From Magallana gigas (lineage: Eukaryota), in NCBI RefSeq assembly GCF_963853765.1, contig NC_088858.1:11594001-11658000 (forward strand): a stretch of DNA of 64,000 nucleotides, read 5' to 3'. Within the stretch, counting starts at the first letter, position 1, and each line of letters begins with the position of its first letter. Under the pieces are notes generated by a model. The model saw nothing but the letters and a program-made list of their open reading frames with translations, had not been told where the DNA came from and did no database searches. The translations under genes and the position numbers were made by a program. Shown here in pieces: positions 53,419-64,000 of this stretch.

Positions 53419-55910
53419 ATGAATGAGCGGATGACGGAGACATCAACACGACCCCCGGCCCTGCGCCCCGAGCCGGCCCTTGGGGTCAAGGTGGCCAAAA
53501 CTGACGCCCCCTTCTGGGTCAAGTTGGTCAGCGCCGGGACGGGGGCCTGCTTGGCCGATGTGGTCACGTTTCCTCTCGATACAACCAAAGTCCGACTACA
53601 GGTAGGTTACAATATTCCCATACTAAATTCTTTTTAAAGTGTATTTTATTTTTTTTACATTTACCGTACATCTATAAACAATATTTAAAAATTAATTGAT
53701 CTTTTCTTTTTTCTTATATCTGTTGACTAAATAATCGATTTGGTTTCTTTCAAATTTTGCAAACTCTCTCAATCTAAATATATATACTGGTACTGGATGA
53801 CGAAATCACGATAAGGCGCTCAACACACAATATTATGTTATATATACGCTATGCTTAACCTTGCTTTTCATAAACACTTCGATCATTGACCCCCTCTAGT
53901 ACATGTGTTACACGACCTTTCAATCTCCACAGATTAAAGGGATTCGAATCAGCAAAAAAATCTATAACGTTAAGAGTGCATAGGAACATCGTAAACATTG
54001 AAAAGTCGCAAAAAATCAAATATTACCATTTCCATTTTCTCCCTCTAGTATAAAAATTATTTTTCAAATTTTAAAAATAGTTAAAGTTGTCGTTAACGTA
54101 TTTTAGTTTAATTAAGAATTAAGAATAATTAACATAACACACAGATATTTTAATTTTATGTTCTAGTTTTGAGACACGAAAAGGGGGGTAATCATTATTC
54201 GTATATCACTCAATGTTTGCACATGTATTTTATTCACGCAAGTTGGGTAGGGTGGGTAAGGACAATGGTCGACTTTTAAAAGTGATTGTGGGGATAGTGA
54301 TGTATATCTTAGAATATAGGTATTAGAATAAATGTGATTGTATCATTCCGTCTTAAAGATAAAACCCAGCGTCAGCTTGTGATCTAGGTCGTGGGATCAA
54401 AGTCGACCCCCCCTCCCCGTGTCGCCAAATATAAGGGAGAAGGTCTGCTTTTAATCAGACTGAATAATTTTGTGATTGGAGTTTAATTGCGGAATTTAAT
54501 TTGTGGAAAATTTAGAATTATAGATGTTCGTGCTCTGACACTGTTTTAATTTCTTATTAAGATATTGTCTCGTTCTTTCTTAGTATAGAAAAAAGGGGTA
54601 TCCGAAACTGAAATTAAATAGAAAGAATTATAAAGTTATCTTATAGACAATAAAATTTGCCTCATTTCATTTTCTGCATGTCTTTGGTAGGTACAAGGAA
54701 ATGTTGGCGGGGCTCCCAGCAAGTATTCCGGTATATTCCGGACCATTTTCACTATATTCAGCGAGGAGGGAGTCGGTGGGTTGTACAAAGGACTAATACC
54801 GGGCTTACAGAGGCAACTTGCATTTTCTACCATAAAACTGGGCTGTTATGATGATGTGAAGGATATGTATTCCAGTCTGATATTTAGTGGTAATTTCATC
54901 AGGTCTATCCTCAACTTTTTTTCCAAAGAAATGAATATTTGAAGGCTATGCTAGTCCACTTTTCTGCAAAAATTATGTTTTCACCTTCTAAAGATGTTTG
55001 ATATCACGATATGAAAATATCAATAAAATGTTTTTTTCTCTCTTTCGACAGAAGATAATAGGCCCACCAAGACGCCGGTATTTGTCCGGGTTTTGGCGGG
55101 AAGTACCACGGGGATATTGGCCGTGGCGGTCGCACACCCGACGGATGTCGTCAAGGTCCGCATGCAGGCTCAGTTCGGCAACAACCTTGGTCGCTATGCT
55201 AACTCTACAGATGCTTACAAAAATATATTCACCAAGGAGGGAATGAAAGGACTTTGGCGAGGTTATTGCAAATCTCTCTCTCTCTCTCTCTCAATCTCTC
55301 TTTCTTACATTCATGTATAATAAATGTGTTAATATTTTTTCATCCGTTTTAGGTTGTTTACCAAATATGACACGGAATGGAATCGTCAATATAGGGGAGG
55401 TGGTGACCTATGACATCATCAAAGATCATCTTATACACAGTAACATAATGTCCAATGGAACTCCCTGTCACCTGGTGTCGGCCTTCGCCGCCGGGTTTTG
55501 TGGCACAGTGTTGGCATCGCCTGTCGATGTGGTTAAAACACGTTTTATGAACTCTATGCCTTCCCAATACAAAGGCGTCTTACACTGCACTACGGTTCTA
55601 TGGCGGGAGTTGGGGTTTGCAGGATTTTATAAAGGGTGAGAATTGTTAAAGAAAAATTCACGATAGATATAATAACTGAATATGTAAATCCTGATAGCAA
55701 AGTTATAAGTAATATACCTATTTGTTTACTTTTAGATTTGTACCTGCACTTCTACGGATCGGAACATGGAATGTACTGATGTTCCTGAGTTACGAACAAA
55801 TGAAAATTATCATGCAACCTGATTCGGTACACAGATTTTCCCCACAAGAGAATGTTGAAAGAGCAGCAAAACACATTCTATTCAAAGAAAAGCATGCATC
55901 TGTTAAATAG
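53419..55910 (+). CDS. UCP2: Mitochondrial uncoupling protein, UCP2/3-like (SLC25), 349 aa
   Basis: Exons 53419-53601, 54691-54889, 55052-55261, 55353-55635, 55736-55910 splice in frame (1050 nt). Three carrier signatures ([30 protein letters not shown]) and UCP motifs [24 protein letters not shown] are present. Confidence 0.92.
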
Positions 55911-56074
55911 TGCTATAAATAGAAAAGTTCTTTTATTTTTATAACAATAAGTCTGCTGATTAAAGGTTGTTTATATGTACATGAATAATATATTTTATCT
56001 GCTTTTTCACCACTTATTTCACTTTCATACTGTACATTATGTCAGGAGGGGTTACTTTGTTCAATTCACTTATA

Positions 56075-56235
56075 CAGTGTCAGATCCAGGGGGAAGTTGA
56101 GAGGCCAAATAAATGTTATTTCTTATGTCTTAAATTCTATATTGAGCCAAAAAACGTGTTCCTTTTCATGTAATGAAGCCTGTCTCAGCCCCCCCCCCCC
56201 CCATTTTAACTCAGGTAAACTTGAATCTGGCACTG
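56075..56235. mobile_element. Degenerate MITE
   Basis: CAGTGTCAGATCCAGG ... CTTGAATCTGGCACTG imperfect TIRs with G/C runs inside. Confidence 0.45.
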
Positions 56236-57132
56236 TTAGATCTTTATTCAATACCCAGTGATTTCTGTATCATTTTAGAGTGATATTCTGTGTATGGACC
56301 CTATGGGGTGTTTGTATTTCTATGCAATGCATACAGTTTTATCTCTTATAGACAGGGATTATGTTTACTGTATATTTATTGCATTTATTGCACAAAAATG
56401 GCTTTTTTAAATATTGTTTAAATTGAAATGTTCTTTTAAAGTATTTTCATTGAACAGTTGAAGATTGACAAATGATTAATTGTCTATATTGAGGTTTTTT
56501 TGACATTGCTTATAATAAAAACATTCAACAGTTATAACCATAGTATTGTTCTGTTCCTTCTTTTCCTCTTTTCATAACCACAACAATAAAATTATGGCAA
56601 ATATTTACTACATATAAGCATGGTAAATTTATCATAAACCAAGACAATTGTATAAAAAAAATGCATGTGTCATCAAGCCACTGAGAAAGTGATTCTTAAA
56701 TATGTATCAACCATGCATGTAATAGAGTCTTTCATCCAACAACTCTGATGAAATATTGAAGTAAATGTACATTTATATCTTTTTAAGCTATGAAAATATG
56801 TCCTATCATCAAAATTTCTTATTTTCTGATCTTTTTTTTCCAACAGTTTCCTTAACCAGAATATATCAAAAACAAAGATTTGGTTCAACTGATGAATGCT
56901 CTAAAACTAGCTAATTGTGAATTTTGAGATAACAAATCAATAAATGTGTGTGTTATTGTAGGATTAGCTGCCAACAACCTGTAAGTCTTGTACTGCTGAT
57001 GAAAAGCTCTGAAAAGCTATCACCTGCCAGTGAACCAACGAGAAAAACTAGGGAACTAATCCTTCAATGTCTTCTACTTCTAACAATCAAGCTCCACCTG
57101 TCTGAAGTTGAAGGACTAAGTAACCAGTGTGA

Positions 57133-58943
57133 TCAGTCAAACTCGATTCCTGTTGCAGCCTTCCTCTTTTTGCTGCCAGGATTGATCACACTCATGCCTA
57201 CTTTCTTTGGCATGGGTTTTGCACGAGACTCCCGTTTTGAACCAAAATCCATGGCTGAAGCTCCAGCACTAGCATTTGCTGTCTGAGATTTCAAGTTCTC
57301 TATTGTTTTGTTAGCTGCTGCAAGTTCACCTTCAAGTTTTGTAGATGATGAGGCCAATCGAAACAATAAATCCTGCAGTTCTGTTCTCTTCTCAACAGCT
57401 TTGCACTCATATAAGTCAAAGGTCAATGCACTTGGACCTTTGCCAATCGTTAAAGTTATTCTATTTCCTATTAATGCCACAGAAAGATCTCCATCTGTAA
57501 ATCCCTTCCTGCAAAATATTATACAAAATTTATTGATGTATAGAGTTTTTAGGTTCTACATGTAACACAAATATCCATTATCTGTAAATCAGAATATGAC
57601 TCTTACTGATGTTGATTCTTAGAAACAAATAGTATACCAAGTATGTTTGTTTTTTACTTCAAAGACATTAATATTAAAATGAAGTTTTCAAGAAATGACA
57701 ATATATCAATATTAACTATATGTACATTTACAAGGTAAATAAATTGGAAAACCTTATCCATATGAAGTTTTATACTATACATGTAAGAACTCCTAAATAC
57801 ATGCAAGTCAGATGTTCATGCAGAAATGTAGCTCCACGGGAAATATTGGTTGATTGACCATGGAGCTACAGTTCCATAAATACAAACAGTATATTTATTG
57901 CTTGCAAAAAGTTGCACACTGTTTTGGACTTCTTCAACAAATATAAAACTATATTCTATGAAATATTTTAATATAAAAAAATTCTTGAGACATTTTACTA
58001 CTGGTTCACCCATTTACTTTTTACGTGCCTCAAACGTTTTATTAAATACCCTAACCCACCTCGGACAGTGAAGATTGTTTAATTCACTTCAGAATCAAGA
58101 GCTGCCAACAAACCCAACCGTTTCACTTTACTGGGCTGGTGGGAGTGTTTAAAAGATATTCAGAGGGAAGTGACGTAAAGCATTTAAAGTAATATGTCTC
58201 AGGAATTTTTTGGGGATTAAAATTTACTCAGAAAACATTCCTTTATTGGTTTAATACGTCCTAAATTGTGTGCAATTTTTAGTGCGCAATAAATATACAG
58301 TTTTTATTATTAAAGGAACTGTAGCTACATTATCCATCAACCCTGAATTCTTCTTCTTTTCCTGTGCTGACCTCGATATCGAGTGTATTTAACAGGTCGA
58401 AAACAGCTAAAAGCCTTTTATTTACAAGTTAAATACTAATTAAAAAACCAAAATTCTGCAGGTTTCTAAGGGTTGTACGAGGCAGCCATGGTGTTAATTA
58501 GCTGCTTCTTGGAGCCCTCGATGGTACTTGCTTCTTTGCCTTGATCTGACATGCTGTTCCCGTGGAGCTACACTTCTGACTCGGATTAGCTGCAGGACTG
58601 TAGCTCCCGGTCTGAAAAAATTCGGATGGACGACCTGGGAGCTACAGTTTTAGACCGGGAGCTATAGGCCTGCAGCTAGACTCGGGTGAACTTGCTCTAT
58701 GGTTTGCATTTACCTAATTTTAAGAAGAAAAGCCTCATTTGATGACGTTTCAGACAACTCTCTTAGCGACTCTAACTCTTTTTCGTCCATATCCAGTCGC
58801 CAAACATCAATACCATCCGTGGCGTTTAGGGAAAAACTCTTTCCCATTTTGGTAAAGATAAGAAACTTTTGACGTCCATTTTCTATCAATCTGTGTAAAT
58901 TACCAACTTTTGCTTCTAAAATACTATCCTTAAAAGACGACAT
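57133..58943 (-). CDS. PAXX: PAXX (XRCC4/XLF paralog, NHEJ factor), 201 aa
   Basis: Exons 58714-58943 (AG|GTAAAT) and 57133-57508 join in phase 2. The C-terminus SVINPGSKKRKAATGIEFD* matches the human PAXX tail SLINPGFKSKKPAGGVDFDET. Head domain followed by a coiled coil; length is similar to human. Confidence 0.88.
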
Positions 58944-59248
58944 TTTTGTAAATACGACTCACGTATGAGAATAAAATCACAATAACTTCGTTTACTGTTT
59001 ACTTTTCTTTTACTGACATGGAGGCGGCCATTTTAATATTTATAATACGTGTATATATCAAAACGAAAAGGATTTTATTTTTTCCTAAGCATTTAGACAA
59101 ACCAAAGTAAATAAGACCAAACAATCTAAATTAGTTTGATTATAATAAATATAACAGATGACATATGGAAGCATGAAGTTAAAAAAACATTATATTCGTA
59201 TTGGCAATTTAGGATCCGTGTTCTTATTTAGTTACCACTGTAAACAAC
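58944..59248. promoter_or_regulatory. Probable bidirectional promoter PAXX/EFCAB2
   Basis: Divergent ATGs are 305 bp apart; YY1-type GCGGCCATTTT at 59024-59034. Confidence 0.6.
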
Positions 59249-61393
59249 ATGGCTGACGAATCGAAAGAAAATGCTGGTAAATGCTATGATTTTTTTTCTG
59301 TCTTTCTTTGATTTATCAAACTATATACGTTAAAACAAATATAGGATTTGGCAATATACAATGTACTGAAAGAAAATGTTAGAATCTTATGGATAAATCT
59401 TCGCAGATGTGGTATATTTTATGAAATGTTGTTGCTTAATTTATGAGTTTGCAGACCATATACATGTAGCTGCGCTCATTTTAATAGAATGATTCTTCAA
59501 GAATTTTTTTTCCTCAGATTCCCTTATTGCTGATATTCACAAGAGAATAACCGAGGCATTTGAAATATTTGATAATGAAAACAATAAAACAGTTGATGTC
59601 AGGTACGTGCAAATAATTCAATATTTCTTTCGTTTAACATGATAATTAAAGTATAGTAATTAATATATGTTCATATAAATTACATGTACATTGTATGTTA
59701 CATTGTTTATGAAATATGTGTACCTGGATTTCAGTCTGTTTTGTTTTTCATAGAATTTAATTGTGCTCAATCTCATTGTACCAGTATTTATATTACTGGT
59801 ACAATAAAATAAGTTCAAACCAAATCTAGCTATGGTGAATCATGAAAAGTGATTATGAATTTATATGGGAGGTATATGTAGCAATAAGCATAACAGCAGA
59901 AATAAGATATGAAAGGGGAATAATGCATATATTTATGAATCCATGTCAGCTGTAAGTTGGTATGGGACATCTGTCAATATTAATATGTATTAAAGTACAT
60001 TATAATCAAAATACTTTCACCGATTCATAATTTTCAAATTTTACAATTTTTCACCTTAAAATACATTTTAAAATTTTTGGGAAAGGAAAAAATTTTAAAA
60101 TCCCCAGAGGGATTTACGGATTCGTAGTGAAACCTCTAACCCACTGCCCTACACTGCTAAAAGACAATTACAGAAAAGAAATTATTTATAAAATTAAAAT
60201 TGATTTTATTGTTTATTTCGATAAATAGTAGGTCACAACATGGAGGTGCCCCATACCACCTGAAGTCTATGTTAACTGTGGAATAATGTCAACATAGGTT
60301 GATTATGATGTTTTTAGTGTCTATTTATTTAGTGATTGCAAATTGACCATTCTATGGTAGTAGACCATTTGCATTCACAAATAATATTGTGACCAAGCCT
60401 ATATATTTATGGTTTTAACATATTAGCCTAATTACTAGTACCGGTATGTTTAATTTCAAAATAGTAACCACAAAGATAAGTTGATTTGCATTTTTCTAAT
60501 TTTTTGACTAAACTGTATAGAATGTGTTGCAATACAGTAATTTAAATACACATTAAATTAATTGAAAATTAGAAAATATTGTAAGCACTTTTATAATATT
60601 GGATGACTGCAATTAATATACGTCTTTTTACTGTGTGTAACAGGGAAGTTGGTACAATTATTCGTTCATTGGGATGTTGCCCCACAGAAGCTGAGCTCAC
60701 AGATATGTTGGTAGAGGTTGGTATTCAAAAATTAGACTAAAGAAGATCAGATTTGAAAATTTTCTTATTTATCATACATGTATATAAATGTTAAGTGTTG
60801 AATTCTTACACAAAAAAATCCAACTCTTATTAATTAACAGATAGAAGAGGAGGATGAAGCAGGATACATCAGATTTGAAAAATTTCTAGGATTGATGACA
60901 AAAGTTTTGATGGAAAGGAGGTAGGGTCTTGGTTTTCAACACTTAGTATGCAGTCGTGTATTGTCCCCTGGTAAACTGATGGAAAAAATTTATAATTTTT
61001 TATTATCTATGCTGTTTATTTTTAAGTCATTGTTATGTCCATTTTAGATATAAGCCATCACCAGAAGATGTTCTGCTGAAAGCCTTTTTAGTTTTAGATC
61101 AAGATGGAAAGGGATATCTAACACAGGATGAACTAGCTAAATACATGACAGAAGATGGTAAATACACTGATTTTACTTTATATGGAAAAAGATTTACATC
61201 TTTTTTAAATGTTAAGTTAGTTGACATTAATACTGGTACTGGTAAACATGACTGAGAGAATGAATGTTGTATTTCAGGTGAACCATTCCAACAAGAGGAA
61301 CTAGAAGAAATGCTCTCAGCTGCTGTTGATCCAGAGAAAGGGACAATTTTATATAAAGAGTATGTGTCCAGGATGGCAGTCGAGGAAGTGTAA
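59249..61393 (+). CDS. EFCAB2: EF-hand calcium-binding domain protein 2 / dynein regulatory complex subunit 8, 163 aa
   Basis: Exons 59249-59276, 59518-59602, 60644-60716, 60841-60920, 61048-61157, 61278-61393. Protein MADESKENADSLIADIHKRITEAFEIFDNENNKTVDVREVGTIIRSLGCCPTEAEL...GYIRFEKFL...KYMTEDGEPFQQEELEEMLSAAVDPEKGTILYKEYVSRMAVEEV* carries the EFCAB2 hallmarks TVDVREIGTIIRSLGCCPTE and GEPF..EEMEEMLSAA. Confidence 0.94.
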
Positions 61394-62327
61394 TGTGCAA
61401 GACAAGCAGCAAAGTGGAAAAGGGGTGGGGTGGGGTGGGGGTAAAAACACATTTTAAAGAACCAGCAGCAGATAGAATCTGTGATACTATTTGATTAATG
61501 TTTTATTTCAAATTCTCTATTAGATTTTTTGAGATATCCAAACAGAAAATTGTGATATTTACAAATTAGGTGTAAATAAACTTAAGAGAAGAAATAAATG
61601 TACATGTGATATGTAAATTATGTGGTTGTGTTGTTCTTTCCTTTGCAACAAGGTACTGTAGGTGTGAATGAGCAGAACTAACATGTGATTGTATGACCAA
61701 CCATGTGTCAATTGTGTGTATAATATTTAATTGGCCTTACTGTAAGTGCCTTATCCGATTAATACCGTTTTAGCCTGTTTAGGAACAATATTTCACCATC
61801 TATTGAGTGTTACCACAGATATACTTTTCAGGGTTGTGCAGCCAACAATTAACTTCATATCATTGCATGTACAAATTATTTTTTATGTCTACATTTGTAT
61901 TGTAAATTTATGGAGACACTTCAGTGGGTTTTAAAACAGTCCCAACCTAAAAGGAAGAAGTTTACCTATTTGTACTTTTATGAAGCATATTTCACCTATC
62001 ATTATACATCACTTTCTTCTAAGAGACTCAGAGGGAAACAGCCACTGATTGCTGGTTATTGGGATAGTATTTTCTCTGACCCTAGCTGTCTCAAGTATAT
62101 TAGATATACCCCCATTTCTAATTGGGTCAAGGATGCAAATTAAAGGTGTTTTGGAGTTTCCCGATCTTCAATATTTCCTAAAAATGTGGTTCTTGTTTTT
62201 GCTTGTATACTAGTAATGGGGACTAACATTTTCCACACAGCAATGCACAATCTTATGTTAACAAATGGTGGTAAACAATATGTGCATAAAACAAAAAGGA
62301 TATCTTTAAACTAATTATATGATTAAG

Positions 62328-62541
62328 TACTGTATACAGGGTTATTTTTACCCCATGTAATTTTCGCCCTTCCCCACTTGCAAATAGATTTGCCCCATCT
62401 TAAGTTTGCCAAGACACAGATGTGTTTAAAGAGAGATAATTTGAAACTTAAGAATTCGCCTGGTCTTAAATTCACCTGCTGACAACAAGAGCGAAATGGG
62501 AAAAAAATAAAAAGGGGGCAAATATTTCCCTGTTTACAATA
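62328..62541. mobile_element. MITE, Tc1/mariner-like
   Basis: TACTGTATACAGGG..TTTTACCCC ... GGGGCAAATATTTCCCTGTTTACAATA imperfect TIRs; same end style as 10595-10817. Confidence 0.7.
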
Positions 62542-64000
62542 TACATGTACCATAACCTTCATTACTGCAGCATTCAAGGTGCACAATCTGGCAAGTCACA
62601 AGAAAAAAACAATCAGAAACAAGGATATTTAATGTTTAATTGATCTTTTCTCACAACAAACAGAATCCATGTCATGTTTAATGTTTAACATGGTTTTGAT
62701 CACCAGTGAAAAATGAATAAATATATCAATTGAAAGAAATATAATGAAATGGTGGTGTTTTATGACAGTTAACACCCATGATGCTTCACATACACTGTGA
62801 AAAATAGTACAAAAATAATAGTATCCTGGAGTAAATGTGAATGAAATTGAAGGCCAAAGGCCGTACATTTAACACTCGCTTGTCTTTCTCTCTGTATACT
62901 AACATTCTTAACAATAGACGCTGGAGGAATGGATCTATATACTTGCATCTTTTCTGACCAAGAGGAGTAGAGTGGATCTGAATAACCATTGGCTAGTGAA
63001 TGTGACTCTCTTGAATTTGAACACACACATATATGCACTCTGTTGGAAATCAACCATGTAGTGGATAGACAGAAAGCAAAGCCTGTCCACTTCTCTCTTC
63101 TCTTAAAAAAATTTAATTTTCCAAATTAAAAAAAATCGAATTTTTAAATGTTTTATCTTTATCAATTAAGCCCAAAATTTCTCTCCATCCTTTTAATGGG
63201 TTGATGAAATTAAACACCACATTTACACATGTAATATTAATCTAAAAATTCAAAATATGTTTCTGGCAAAATATTGTATGTTTTTAATTTTCATTCTACA
63301 TATATTAGCTAAATTCAACTTTTAAAAGTACTCGTATATCTTTCTTAATATAAAATATTACTGTGTACTGAAGTTTAATAAATCACATGTACATAATCCC
63401 TCATTTAAGAAAAACCTACAGATTGGTTGATTTCCTCAATGCCATATTGGTTAATTTATAAGATGTACATAATACTTAGAATAGTTCTAATATAACTCTG
63501 TTGTTGCATATTCTCTCAATCCACAGTGCCATTTATGTGACAAGATGATATGTACATATATTTTGTTGTCCTTTCACACACAGTAAACACCTCAAGTATA
63601 CCACCGCAATAGGTTTAGTTTTGGCTCCATTTTCATTACATATTTTTTCTTAACAAGACGGTGCTGTAAACGTATTACATTTGACTGTGTATCTTGGCGG
63701 AATGTGGCTTTCACTAAATCAAGACCATCGCAAAATGTCAAACATATATATTGATAAATTGGTACTTTCAGGAATTCACTTAATCATATCCATGCTAACC
63801 TGTTGAAAACTTTGCACCAAATATAAGTACACGCCAAGTATAATACGCTTACAGTGAGTTCATGGTTCATGGTCCACAGTTCTTGACCAACATGGCTTGA
63901 ATAAATTAACATTGCAAAATGCTAGTTGTTAAACTGCTTCTGGTATACAAGTTCTTATATCAGTCCTATGGTTTCTTTATGTGGTTTGGAGAATAAATTA

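Noticed and set aside
55910-57133. Possible overlapping 3' UTRs of convergent UCP and PAXX
   Set aside because: UCP has ATTAAA/AATAAA signals (about 55959, 56108) before the first canonical PAXX signals (about 56375-56389), so overlap is not required.
59249-61393. EFCAB2 as a fifth member of the calmodulin-like array
   Set aside because: It is on the opposite strand, has a different six-exon structure, is a clear orthologue of a conserved ciliary gene and lies 20 kb away.
62769-63053. 94-aa minus ORF, possible terminal exon of a gene beyond the window
   Set aside because: No recognisable motif or convincing acceptor.

Overview
AT-rich, intron-containing animal DNA. The repeat families suggest a bivalve, probably an oyster (Crassostrea/Magallana-like); this is inference. 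Left to right: (1) the first coding exon of a Jagged/Serrate Notch ligand on the minus strand, with the rest of the gene beyond the left edge; (2) a tandem array of four divergent calmodulin-like genes (A-D, all minus strand, about 14.6-38.7 kb), which I rebuilt exon by exon and which the ORF track shows only in fragments; (3) a pile-up of nested non-autonomous transposons at about 39-45 kb; (4) a UCP1-3-type uncoupling protein gene (+); (5) PAXX (-) head-to-head with EFCAB2/DRC8 (+). The most notable signals are these. The four calmodulin-like genes share intron positions and a one-residue-longer central linker but have different EF-hands degraded. The exon-4 end plus splice donor is tandemly reiterated in two paralogs; in gene C it is a 46-bp unit whose hairpin loop is the 5' splice site. 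Su(H) and Hes motifs cluster around the Jagged start. Two inverted copies of a composite Helentron-type element bracket genes B-D. A spacerless 90-bp palindrome lies in gene D. A 4-codon uORF overlaps the UCP start codon. All coordinates were read by hand and no database searches were run.
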